From NCBI GenBank assembly GCA_951406725.2, contig OX597836.1:11904001-11968000 (forward strand): a stretch of DNA of 64,000 nucleotides, in the 5' to 3' direction. The translations under genes were made by a program, and so were the position numbers. Origin of the DNA: Octopus vulgaris. Its lineage: Eukaryota. Position 1 is the first letter of the stretch, and every line of letters begins with the position of its first letter. The notes beneath the pieces were generated by a model, which was not told the origin of the DNA, ran no database searches, and worked only from the letters and a program-made list of their open reading frames with translations. This document shows, one piece after another, positions 1-12,981 of this stretch.

Positions 1-991
1 ACATATATACATACATACATACATACACACACATATATACATACATACATACATACACATACATACATACATGCATACAAACATACATACATACATACAC
101 ACATACATACATAGATACATGCATGCATACATACATACATACATACATACATACATGCATACATACATACATACATGCATGCATACATACATACATACAT
201 ACATACATACATACATACATACATACATACATACATACATGCATGCATACATACATACATACATACATACATACATACATACATACATGCATGCATACAT
301 ACATACATACATACATACATACATACATACATACATACATGCATGCATACATACATACATACATACATACATACATACATACATACATACATACATACAT
401 ACATACATACATACATACATACATACATACATACATACATACATACATACATACATACATACATACATACATACATACATACATAGATACATGCATGCAT
501 ACATACATACATACATACATACATACATACATACATACATGCATGCATACATACATACATACATACATACATACATACATACATACATACATACATACAT
601 ACATACATACATACATACATACATACGTATATACATACATACATACATACATACATACATACATACATACATACATACATACATACATACATACATACAT
701 ACATACATACATACATACATACATACATACATACATACATACATACATACATACATACATACATACATACATACATACATACATACATACATACATACAT
801 ACATACATACATACATACATACATACATACATACATACATACATACATACATACATACATACATACATACATACATACATACATACATACATACATACAT
901 ACATACATACATACATACATACATACATACATACATACATACATACATACGTATATACATACATACATACATACATACATACATACATACA

Positions 992-1023
<32 letters not shown>

Positions 1024-1490
1024 CATACATACATACATACATACATACATACATACATACATACATACATACATACATACATACATACATACATACATAC
1101 ATACATACATACGTATATACATACATACATACATACATACATACATACATACATACATACATACATACATACATACATACATACATACATACATACATAC
1201 ATACATACATACATACATACATACATACATACATACATACATACATACATACATACATACATACATACATACATACATACATACATACATACATACATAC
1301 ATACATACATACATACATACATACATACATACATACATACATACATACATACATACATACATACATACATACATACATACATACATACATACATACATAC
1401 ATACATACATACATACATACATACATACATACATACATACATACATACATACATACATACATACATACATACATACATACATTCATACAT
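1..1490. repeat. (CATA)n microsatellite, ~1.5 kb
   Basis: Near-perfect ACAT tandem with rare GCAT/CGTA variants; source of the HTYI ORFs. Confidence 0.99.
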
Positions 1491-1598
1491 ACAATAATAG
1501 CCTGTTGTTGACGTTGAAATTCCAGTGAAGGAGCCTTGGATCTAGGTTAGAAACCGGATCTTTCTCCACTGGCATGAAATCTTGAAACAAAACTAAAT
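1491..1598 (+). mobile_element. Short interspersed repeat embedded in (CATA)n, probable 3' terminus of a non-LTR element
   Basis: TGAAATTCCA..GATCTAGGTTAGAAACC is shared with 56320-56360, which also abuts (CATA)n. Confidence 0.55.
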
Positions 1599-2227
1599 GA
1601 CATGCATCCACACATACACACATGCACACGCACACATACATACATACATACATACATGCATACATACATACATACACACATACATACATACATACATACA
1701 TACATACATACACACATACATACATACATACATACATACATACATAAACACATACATACATACATACATGCATACATGCATACATACATACATACATACA
1801 TACATACATACACACATACATATATACATACATACATACATATACACATACATACATACACACATTCATACATACATACATACATACATACAGACATACA
1901 TACATACATTCATGCACACATACATACATACACACATACATACATTCATTCATACATACATTCATACATGCATACATACATACATACATGCATGCATGCA
2001 TACATACATACATACATACATACATAAATACACACATACACACATACATACATACATACATACATACATACATACACACACACACATACATACATACATA
2101 CATACATACATACATACATACATACACACACACACATACATACATACATACACACATACATACATACATACATACATACATACATACATACATACATACA
2201 TACATACATACATACATGCATACATAC
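1599..2227. repeat. Degenerate (CATA)n/(CA)n microsatellite
   Basis: Direct reading. Confidence 0.97.
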
Positions 2228-2892
2228 GTTGGATGGAGAGATGTATCGATAAGATACATAAGAAAATATGACCTATTTTCCTTCTTTTATTTTCCTTCTT
2301 TTATATTTCTTTTTCTTTTTTTCTTATTTCTTTCCATTCCAAAATATTACAATATAACCGTAAAATCGAGTTCCGGAAATATACAGCAGAAAAGAAAGAA
2401 AAAAATGGCCTTCCAGTTGCTTTATTTCTACGTTTAATTGACTGCCAAGATACATTACTGCACTTTTAACAAAGATGAATAGTGATTCTAAATAGACTTG
2501 AAATCAAAGGGAATCTTCGTGATTTCTTCACGAAATAAAATTCCTATTTCCTGACAGATCTATGATCTAAGACTGCGCTTCTTTTTCGTCACGAAGAACA
2601 TTGCATCCTACCAGGCCAACCGACTTCGTTCGCCATTGCTTCGTTGCCCGATAAGCTTAAACTTGATGGACTGCATGGCTGCTTGTCTGACGGACTGAAA
2701 CTGCGAAACGCGTCAGAAATGTGTTTCACCTGAAGGTTTCAGAACAGCAATAACAACAACAACAGCAATAACAACAACAACAGCAAGAACAAGATACGAA
2801 CAACAACAACAATAACAATAAGAGGCAACCGCGATTTCTCAATTTGAATGAATTATTTTCGTTTGTCGAAGAAGATTTTGTCAGTACATATA

Positions 2893-3299
2893 CTCTTTTA
2901 CTCTTTTACTTGTTTCAGTCATTTGACTGCGGCCATGCTGGAGCACCGCCTTTAATCGAGCAACTCGACCCCGGGACTTATTCTTTTGTAAGCCCAGTAC
3001 TTATTCTATCGGTTTCGTTTTGCCGAACCGCTAAGTAACGGGGACATAAACACAACAGCATCGGTTGTCAAGCAATGCTAGGGGGACAAACACAGACACA
3101 CAAACACACACACGCATATATATATATACATATATACGACGGGCTTCTTTCAGTTTCCGTCTACCAAATCCACTCACAAGGCTTTGGTCGGCCCGAGGCT
3201 ATAGTAGAAGACACTTGCCCAAGGTGACACGCAGTGGGACTGAACCCGGAACCATGTGGCTGGTAGACAAGCTACTTACCACACAGCCACTCCTGCGCC
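2893..3299 (-). mobile_element. tRNA-derived SINE family A (CORE-like), full length
   Basis: Minus strand: GGCGCAGGAGTGGCTGTGTGG head, B-box-like GGTTCAGTCCC, CCTTGGGCAAGT core, internal (TA)/(TG) tract, (GTAAAAGA)n tail; many copies in window. Confidence 0.92.
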
Positions 3300-3492
3300 T
3301 ATAAATACCTGTTTTGAAAATATCTGAACCCAGTTGTAAAATACAAAGAACAGAAAGAAGATGAAGGTTTCAGAAGTAGGAGAAGAGGAATCATTGAAGA
3401 GGAAGGACTGAAGAAGAAAAAGAAGGTGAAGGAGAATCGAAGAAGAATTTGTATCAATTCGTTAAATAATTGTCAGAAAAACGCTGTAAGGT

Positions 3493-3599
3493 CTTCTTCT
3501 TCTTCTTCTTCTTCATCTTCTTCTTCTTCTTCTTCTTCTTCTTCTTCTTCTTCTTCTTCTTCTTCTTCTTCTTCTTCTTCTTCTTCTTCTTCTTCTTCT
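3493..3599. repeat. (TCT)n microsatellite
   Basis: Direct reading. Confidence 0.97.
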
Positions 3600-3610
3600 A
3601 TAATTATTAG

Positions 3611-3761
3611 TACTTATTCTATCGGTCTCTTTTGCTGAACCGATAAATTACAGGGACGTAAACACACCAGCATCGGTTGTCAAGCGAATTTGGGGGAGGG
3701 GCAATTACAGACACACAAACACACACACACACACACACACACAATACACACACACACACAC

Positions 3762-3844
<83 letters not shown>

Positions 3845-4046
3845 AATGTATATATATATATATATATACATACATATATATAGGACAGGCTTCTTTTCAG
3901 TTTCCGTTTAACAAATCCACTCACAAGTCTTTGGTCGGCCCGAGACTATAGCAGAAAACACTTGCCCAAGATGCCACACAGTGGGACTGAACCCGGAACC
4001 ATGTGGCTGGTAAGCAAGCTACTTACCACACAGCCACTCCTACCCC
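3611..4046 (-). mobile_element. SINE family A, 3' tail missing, internal (TA)n expanded
   Basis: Aligns by eye to 2893-3299. Confidence 0.88.
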
Positions 4047-4990
4047 TTTCTCTCTCTCTTTCTCTCTCAAATCACTCACAAAAACAGCTCAGTATCATGA
4101 CGGACACATTTTTCTTTTGACCGAACCCTAGTTACAAACCGAAAGTAATCTATTTTGTAGGAACGAGACCAATTTATTTCCAAGAAATCTTCAGGATTTG
4201 CGCAGATGACGGCAAGTAAACAAATTTCGAAGACATACAACGATGACCTTTCGACAATTTTCTAAGTGACGAAAAAAGAGAAAATCTTGACAGCCCATAC
4301 ACAAAATCTTTGAAATGGCGTTTCGCTCTTTTCAATACCTTTTTGTACATTAATATAAACAACGGCCGTATAACAACTTGATCGATTTTATTGATTTTTA
4401 GTGCAAGAGGTTAACAATGTTATCGAGTTCAGATGAGATTAATTTCTGGGAAAGAGTTGATTGACATCTCTCACACTCAATCTCTACCTTATACGCAGAC
4501 AGATGAAAAAAAAATCACTATATTTCAGCATCTCTGTTCTGGCGGCTCTTCAGTAAACGATTAGATGAGGAAGAGAGAGAGGGAGTGACTGAGAGAGAGG
4601 GAGTGACTGAGAGAGAGGGAGTGACTGAGAGAGAGAGAGGAGGTGACTGAGAGTGAGAGGGAGAGAAAGAGAGAGCCTTTTATTGATTATTCGAATTCAT
4701 AGAAACTGCAGACCCATCTCTCGTTAATAACATATTCTTTAAAAAAAAAATGAAGGGAAGACGACATTGAATAATAAAGTCGTTGGTACATTATTTTTGG
4801 AGGGAGAAAATTACAGGGTGGATGCAGATGGAACTTCTTTGATAAGAAAGTCTATTCCAAGAATAATTCTTATTATAAAGAACTTTCATGGATTTGAACA
4901 GCAATAACAACACGAACAAAACTGGGAACAGTTTTTACATGTGTCGGCCACACATATACGGATCAAAAAAATAAAACTTTGGTTATCTTT

Positions 4991-5022
4991 GCACTGAAGA
5001 AGGACTTTATCCGAAACGTTGA
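4991..5022 (+). ncRNA. Minimal hammerhead-like motif, helix I degraded
   Basis: CTGAAGA-A-GGA-cttta-TCC-GAAA-CG-TT. Confidence 0.45.
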
Positions 5023-5131
5023 ATACTTCTCTAAACCTTGCGCCAGTCTGCCGAGCAGTAAACAAGCAAGGAACAACAATACGGCTGTCATTATCTTTTC
5101 TTTTACATGATTCAGTCATTGGACTGCAGCC

Positions 5132-5603
5132 AGGGTTAGCGTTAGGGTTAGGTCTAGGGTTAGGGTTAGAGTTAGAGTTAGAGTTAGGGTTAGGGTTAGT
5201 GTTAGGGTTAGGGTTAGAGTTAGGGTTAGGGTTAGGCTTAGGGGTAGGGTTAGGGTTAGCGTTAAGGTTAGGGTTAGGGTTAGGGTCAGGTTTAGCCTTA
5301 GCGTTAGGGTTAGGTTTAGGGTTAGGGTTAGGGATGGCGTTAGGATTAGGGTTAGGGTTAGGGTTAGGGTTAGCGTTAGGGTTAGGGTTAGAGTTAGGGT
5401 TTAGGGTTAGGGATAGGGTTAGGGTTAGCGTTAGGGTTAGGGTTAGGATTAGCGTTAGGGTTAGCGTTAGGGTTAGGGTTAGGGTAAGCGTTAGGGTTAG
5501 GGTTAGAGTTAGGGTTAGGGTTAGGGTTAGGGTTAGGGTTAGCGTTAGGGTTAGGGTTAGGGTTAGCGTTAGGGTTAGTGTTAGGGTTAGGGATAGGGTT
5601 AGC
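5132..5603 (+). repeat. Interstitial telomeric-type (TTAGGG)n array, degenerate
   Basis: ~75 hexamers: TTAGGG with TTAGCG/TTAGAG/ATAGGG variants. Confidence 0.95.
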
Positions 5604-5605
5604 GC

Positions 5606-5625
5606 CTCATCATTATCATTATTAA

Positions 5626-5671
<46 letters not shown>

Positions 5672-5735
5672 GTTGTCATTATTATTTTTATTATTATCAT
5701 TATCATTATTATTATTATTGTTATTGTTATCGTTA

Positions 5736-5833
<98 letters not shown>
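5606..5833. repeat. (TTA)n microsatellite
   Basis: Direct reading. Confidence 0.97.
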
Positions 5834-5834
<1 letters not shown>

Positions 5835-6381
5835 GCAAAAACCTAGCTTCAAAATTAATTACTAGCTGGCTAGCTCGCAGGCTGGCTGGTTCGATGATTT
5901 GGCTTATCAAGGTCATGTCCCATTGGAGATTGTTGCCCGCAGAATAAAACGTAAACAAGATCAGTAACGACACCTATACATGTATGTATGTATGTATGTA
6001 TGTATGTATGTATGTATGTATGTATGTATGTATGTATGTATGTATGTATGTATGTATGTATGTATGTACGTGCGTAGGTATATCTGACAAGTAAAATGAT
6101 GTCAAAAGCAAAGTTGACCTTATAACGAAACAACGTAGGACAGTTGCAACCTAGAAAGGGGATACAGTTACATTTAAGTGAAATAATACAAAAGTACATT
6201 TTAAGCCCACAATTTCAGAAGCGCGCTGAACTGCCGAAATATTGAAGAATAGAATACAGTTTGTTTTTTGTCTTTTGTCTATATACTTTATTTTTTTTTA
6301 CCTGTTTTCAGTCATTACACTGTGGTCATGATGGGGCACCGCCTTGCGGGATATTTTAGTCGGACAAATGAAACCTAGTAC

Positions 6382-6425
<44 letters not shown>

Positions 6426-6429
6426 GTTG

Positions 6430-6473
<44 letters not shown>

Positions 6474-6567
6474 GTTGTTGTTATTATTATTATTATTATC
6501 ATTATTATTATTATTATTATTATTATCATTATTATTATTATTATTATTATTGTTATTGTTATTGTTG

Positions 6568-6661
<94 letters not shown>

Positions 6662-6669
6662 CATTATTA

Positions 6670-6724
<55 letters not shown>
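6382..6724. repeat. (TTA)n tract, tail or target of the adjacent Dong/R4 3' end
   Basis: Direct reading; abuts LINE 3' UTR. Confidence 0.9.
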
Positions 6725-6726
<2 letters not shown>

Positions 6727-7063
6727 GTTTAACTGTTGCTTTATATTTGTAGAAGTTGACTCAAGTCTCACCCAGAGACCTCAAGAGACAACAGGTTTGA
6801 AGTCCGTGTTGTTGTTATGCCTAGTGTGCCATATATTTGGTTTTGTAGTTAGTGTTGTACTAGTGAATGTCTAAAAAAAAACATACCATAATTATGTTTG
6901 TTTTAAAACTTGAGATTACATAGAAAGTATTTTGTAGGATATGAGCAGTTCCATGAGAACTATTTTTGAATTTCTGCCATTTTGGGGTTTCATCTGAGTT
7001 AGGTAGCAATCAGCCCTTTTGCTATCATTCCCAGGGCACCTATGACAACAGGTATTGTTTTAG
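6725..7063 (-). mobile_element. Dong/R4-clade (RLE) LINE 3' end: ORF C-terminus plus 3' UTR
   Basis: Minus strand reads KTIPVVIGALGMIAKG...IQKIVLM.TAHIL (frameshifted), a typical R4/Dong C-terminus, followed by UTR and (TAA)n. Confidence 0.8.
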
Positions 7064-7065
7064 TA

Positions 7066-7165
<100 letters not shown>

Positions 7166-7577
7166 TCATTAAGGCAGTGGGCTGCATTTCTTCCTTTGTT
7201 TTTCCTTTTTTCTCTGCTTTCAATACTCCCTCGTTCCTAAATGTCACTAGCAAGGTTTCCTTACTGTGGACTAGGTATCTCATTAAGCTCTCGAGTTCGA
7301 TACGCACGCAGTCCTCCACATTTATCACTCCTCTTCTTCCATTTGCTCTCTCTTCATGTATAAGCGATCAGTGTCCGTACGTATATGATGGGCGCCACGC
7401 ATCGTTAGAAGCTTTCTTGACTTCCCGTCCATCTCCTTTAGTTCCTCCTCTGTCCACTTATGGATTCCAGCGCCGTACCGAACTACTGCGACTGCGCGAG
7501 AGTTTATTACCGAAATTATGTTATAGAAGGGATTATCGTTCACTAGATAACAATGGCACTCTTCTTTTAATTTTGAC

Positions 7578-7658
<81 letters not shown>

Positions 7659-7675
7659 TAATAATAATAATAGTG

Positions 7676-7742
<67 letters not shown>

Positions 7743-7762
7743 CAATAATAATAATAATAATG

Positions 7763-7826
<64 letters not shown>

Positions 7827-8160
7827 CAATAATAATAATAATAATGATAATAATAATAATAATTTATCTTTGAATCCAGTATTTTTCTCATTCCCCGCAG
7901 GTACTGCCTTATTGTCTTTTCTTTCATGTCACTGTTTGATTCCATCTGCTTCAAGTATTTCCAGGTATTTATAACTAGATCGTGGTTAAATTGTCTTCAT
8001 CATTTCACTACTTGGCAACCATATGCCTTCTGTTTTGAAAAGCTTTCCTCATCTCATCCCCATCGTAGCACACTTTGAGAGTTCAGACTCCATCTTAATA
8101 TCATTGGAGAAAATTCGCACATACTGGACTAGGTTGTCCAGTTCTGCCTCAGATTTTTCC

Positions 8161-8442
8161 AAATATTGTTATATTTCGGAATGGTCATTTTGCCAGTTTA
8201 GCCAATAAAACACACGCACTATATATTTGGTGTTATTTTGCTTCAGTGTTATTTATTTTTTATTTTTTACATTAATCTTAATCTTATTTCGGCCAGAGTT
8301 CTTTCGTCACACTCCTGTGACCGCATCAGTGGTCCTTTGCGTGTGTTTTTATTGACTAAACTGGAGAAATGACCATTCCGAAATACAACAATATCTGTTT
8401 CAACACACGACTCCACATCAAAAATCTTGCACAAAAAATACT
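8161..8442 (-). mobile_element. 282-bp Penelope-like insertion with internal inverted repeat and hammerhead-like motif
   Basis: 8-bp TSD ATTTTTCC (8153-8160 and 8443-8450); inverted repeat 8161-8218 vs 8338-8396; motif at 8291-8335. Confidence 0.7.
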
Positions 8443-9337
8443 ATTTTTCCGAATAGTTTCAAATCTTCCATGAGTAACAAGTGGTTCAGTTTTCTCCTAC
8501 CACTTCCCACATCATACCCCAACTTTGTTTTCTCAGGGGGGGGGGATCATTCCCAGCACGAAGACCATTGGAGACACACTGTCCCCCTGGAAGATACCTC
8601 TCTTGATTTTCACCTTTCCGAAATATAACAATATATGTTTCAACACACGACTTCACATCAAAAATCTTGCACAACAAATACTATTTTTCCGAATAGTTTC
8701 AGGTCTTCCATGAGTAACAAGTGGTTCAGTTTTCTCCTATCACTTCCCACATCATACCCCAACTTTGTTTTCTCAGGGGGGATCATTCCCAGCACGAAGA
8801 CCATTGGAGACACACTGCCCCCCTGGAAGATACCTCTCTTGATTTTCACCTTTCCGAAATAAAACAATATCTATTTCAACACACGACTTCACATCAAAAA
8901 TCTTACACAACAAACATATTTTTCCGAATAGTTTCAGGTCTTCCATGAGTAACATGTGGTTCAGTTTTCTCCTACCACTTCCCACATCATACCGCAACTT
9001 TGTTTTCTCAGAGGGGAGGGGATCATTTCAAGTACGAAGACCATTGGAGACACACTGTCCCCCTTGAAGATACCTCTTATGATTTTCACCTTTCCGAAAT
9101 ACAACAATATCTGTTTCAACACACGACTTCACATCAAAAATCTTGCACAACAAATATATTTTTCCGAATAGTTTCAGGTCTTCCATGAGTAACAAGTGGT
9201 TCAGTTTTCTCCTACCACTTCCCACATCATACCCCAACTTTGTTTTCTCAGGGGGGGGGGATCATTCCCAGCACGAAGACCATTGGAGACACACTGCCCC
9301 CCCGCGGAAGATACCTCCCTTGATTTTTCACCTTTCC
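8376..9337. repeat. Tandem repeat, 4 x ~239 bp, chimeric unit
   Basis: TTCCGAAATA starts at 8376, 8616, 8852 and 9092; LINE sequence resumes after 9337. Confidence 0.93.
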
Positions 9338-9874
9338 TAAAATCTGCTTCCCTGCTGTCAATTCTGTTCTCCATCATTTCATGCTATTCCATAAAAGGCT
9401 TCTCATATTTTCTGCTACTCCATACATTTCCATTGTTTTATTATCCAGCTGTGTGGTATCGTATCGTTATCGTATGCTTTACAATAGCCAACCCATGCCG
9501 TGCTCAGGTTTGCGTGTCTTCTCTTGCAGTTCCTGATAATTAGATTTATCAATTAAGAGCTGATCCTTCGATGCCCACCTCCTCTTTCAGCATCTTTTCT
9601 GTCCAATAGATAGCAGCCCACTGTTTTCCAGGTATCTACACAGTTCACCGGTCAATGCACCTGACATTAGTTTCCACATTAGCGGATATTATTGTTGTTG
9701 TTGTTGTTGTTGTTTTACTGAAAGCAAGTAAAAGGATAAAGACAAAAGACAAACTGTATTCTACCTATCTACCTACCTAATTATCTACCTAATTATCTAT
9801 CTATCTATCTATATATTTAATTATCTGTCCACATATGCAAGCTTCTTACTACACAACTAGGCCTGCGCCTATAT

Positions 9875-9961
<87 letters not shown>

Positions 9962-9963
<2 letters not shown>

Positions 9964-10131
9964 AGTTTGTTTTTTTATTCTCTCTCTGTAAATTTTTTCG
10001 TGTTCGTTTCTGTTGAAGAACGTTGGCTCGAAACGTAAAAGACATTCTAACTTTCCCGAGTGTCAAAATAATACACCTGCTTGTTGTTTATAAGCCTGTC
10101 TTCGTCTTTTGTTTTTCTGTAAATTTTAACT
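9962..10131 (+). mobile_element. Short hammerhead-bearing element ending in (TA)n (PLE pLTR-like)
   Basis: CTGTTGA-A-GAAC-gttg-GCTC-GAAA-CG-TA at 10010-10037; homologous to 46033-46235. Confidence 0.65.
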
Positions 10132-10149
10132 ATATATATATATATATAC

Positions 10150-10277
10150 ACTTAGCAGTTCGGCAAAAGAGACCGATAGAATAAGTACTAGGCTTATAAA
10201 GAATAAGTCTTGGGGTTGATTTGCTCGACTAAAAGGCGGTGCTCACAGCACGGCCACAGTCAAATGACTGAAACAAA
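10150..10277 (+). mobile_element. SINE family A 3' fragment
   Basis: CTTAGCAGTTCGGCAAAAGAGACCG...CAAATGACTGAAAC. Confidence 0.85.
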
Positions 10278-10320
10278 TTTTTAAAAAATACATACACATG
10301 TATATATATGTAATATATTA

Positions 10321-11242
10321 ATAAATAAAATAAAACATATGCATATACATAAACATATGTACGTACCTACCTCCACATGTACATATACACGCATATATGA
10401 GTACAGAACACCAAAAAGGACGTCGAACACAATGAGAAGCGAAAACATAGACACAAACCAAAGGAACTGGACATTTATTAAAAACAGCAACAAAAAATAG
10501 AATACAGGACAATTAACACAAGGAAAAACCCCTTCTTCAGTCGCTAAAGCTTTCATCTACTCTACGTTTCGAAGGATAAAAGCGAGACGTATCTTCGACA
10601 AGAAAACTTTCCTTCCTGCGAAAAGCAGAGATCTTTTCGCAGAGGGGTAAAAAATAGTAACAACAGGACAGTAACGACAGTGCAAATAGTAAACAGTATA
10701 AGACAGGACAAGGAAAACAAGATAAGAAGGGCTGTTGACGCCGAACGAAAAAAAATATTGCAAACGCAGAATTTTTTATGGACGACGAGCGGAGGAAAAA
10801 GAGTGTCGTCCATTACCTTGAAAGAGCCAGGCGAGAGAGACAGCAGCGGAAGTGACGTCGCGGGTGAACGACGGGAAGGCGGAAGTCACGTTGCGGGTGA
10901 ACGACGGGAAGGGGGGAAGGAGGAGCAAGAGAAAGGGAGAGGAGAAGGGGAATGGCTGCGAGGAAACCATGAAGAATGGAGAGGGGGAGAGAGAGAGTGA
11001 AGAATGAGAGAGAGGAAGAGACAGGTTAAGTAGAGGAAAAGGAAAACAAGGAATGAAGGCTGAGAAAGGGATGGGACAGAAAGGTTAAGAGTGCGCGTGA
11101 GAGTTAATATCAAGAACAAAAACTTGATATAAAGAACAATCTTAATTAAGGGGGTGCGTGCGTTTCATCATATAATATATATTAATATATAAAATAAAAC
11201 ATATGCATATATATAAACATATATGTACGTACCTACCTCTAC

Positions 11243-11246
<4 letters not shown>
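10321..11246. mobile_element. Unclassified ~870-bp interspersed element with ~60-bp direct terminal repeat
   Basis: Homologous to 36885-37570 and, reverse-complemented, to 63490-63636; 10327-10380 recurs at 11191-11246. Confidence 0.7.
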
Positions 11247-11301
<55 letters not shown>

Positions 11302-11306
11302 GTATG

Positions 11307-11346
<40 letters not shown>

Positions 11347-11698
11347 TATGTATATATACATATGTGTGAGTGTGTATAAGTTGTTAGACGACGTAGATTA
11401 TTTAAGAGAATTAAAATTGTTCTACACGGCAGGAAAGAATTGGAAGTCGACGAATCTGTCCCGGAGACAGCAATAACAACATCAACACGAACATCAAACG
11501 TTTACTGACGTGTTTAGTCTAAAGTTATTTCTGGATTCGGTTAAATCAGTCGCTTTTTGTTTCAGATTTGATGTTTATCAACTCCATATATCTTTTGCAA
11601 AATTTTGCATACAACTAACTTGTCAGAGAGTCGTCGTCAGTTGTGGCTTGCTCGCCTGTTTGTTTGTTTTATGTTTTGGTTTTTGTTTTTGCTGTTGC

Positions 11699-11699
<1 letters not shown>

Positions 11700-11784
<85 letters not shown>

Positions 11785-11837
11785 CATTGTTATTATCATT
11801 ATTATTATCATTATTATTATTATTATTATCATCATCA

Positions 11838-11902
<65 letters not shown>

Positions 11903-11997
11903 GTTGTCGTTATTATCATTATTATTATTATTATTATGTGTAGTAGTAGTAGTAGTTGTAGTACTGGTGGCATTGGTGTTTTTGTTTTTGCTGTTGC

Positions 11998-12075
<78 letters not shown>

Positions 12076-12095
12076 GTTATTATTATTATTATTAC

Positions 12096-12158
<63 letters not shown>

Positions 12159-12184
12159 TATTATTATTATCATTATTATTATTA

Positions 12185-12249
<65 letters not shown>

Positions 12250-12528
12250 TTTGGTTTTTGTTTTCTTGACAGAAGAAGCCCTGCAGTGTATCGCTTTATG
12301 TTTAAAAGTGAAAAGCACGTACTGGCATATCCGTCCGTCTAGCCGTCCGTCAGAGGCGGCCCCCCACCCCCACCCGGCTCCTCAACAACAATAGAAAGAT
12401 GTCTACGACGATAAGGAATACTTTTGAATATCTTCGTGAAGAAAAAGACGGAAATCTTTCCATCTTTTCATCGAAAATTTCTAATAGATGTTGTTTCTGT
12501 TATTGTTATGCTATTATTATCAATATTA

Positions 12529-12584
<56 letters not shown>

Positions 12585-12629
12585 GTTATTATTATTATTG
12601 TTGTTGTTATCATTATTATTATTATTATC

Positions 12630-12667
<38 letters not shown>

Positions 12668-12836
12668 CATTATTATTATTATCATTATCATTATTATTAT
12701 CATTATTATTATCATTATTATCATTATTATTATTATTATTATTATTATGTGTAGTAGTAGTAGTGGTGGTGGTGGTGGTGGTGGTGGTGGTGGTGGTGTG
12801 GTGGTGGTGGTGGTGGTGGTGGTGGTGGTGGTGGTA

Positions 12837-12892
<56 letters not shown>

Positions 12893-12938
12893 GGTGGTGG
12901 TGGTAGTGGTGATGGTAGTCGTCGTCGTCGTCGTCGTC

Positions 12939-12980
<42 letters not shown>

Positions 12981-12981
12981 A
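11700..12981. repeat. Compound (TTA)n/(GTG)n/(GTA)n microsatellite cluster
   Basis: Direct reading. Confidence 0.93.

Larger units (their letters stand above)
7178..9688 (-). pseudogene. Decayed Dong/R4-clade reverse transcriptase, interrupted by (TAA)n, an insertion and a tandem duplication
   Basis: LMWKLMSG, KDQLLID, KIKRGIFQGxxVSPMVFVL, LNHLLLMEDLKLF, INSRAVAVVRYGAG.KWTEEELKEMD.KSRKLLT, DRLY, INVEDCVRIE. Confidence 0.9.

Noticed and set aside
71-1528. Long ORFs (485 aa HTYI repeat and similar poly-YI, poly-I/L/N/V, LS ORFs throughout)
   Set aside because: Stop-free translations of microsatellites; no coding signal
1516-1566. Hairpin followed by GAAACCGG as a hammerhead
   Set aside because: No CUGANGA core; better explained as a LINE 3' stem-loop
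2686-2720. Hammerhead-like GAAACGCGTC
   Set aside because: Only the 3' half fits; core CTGACGG and helices I/II do not form
8376-9337. Repeat array beside an RT (DGR, retron or CRISPR-like system)
   Set aside because: The units are themselves duplicated pieces of a decayed LINE RT; the catalytic motif reads MED rather than MDD
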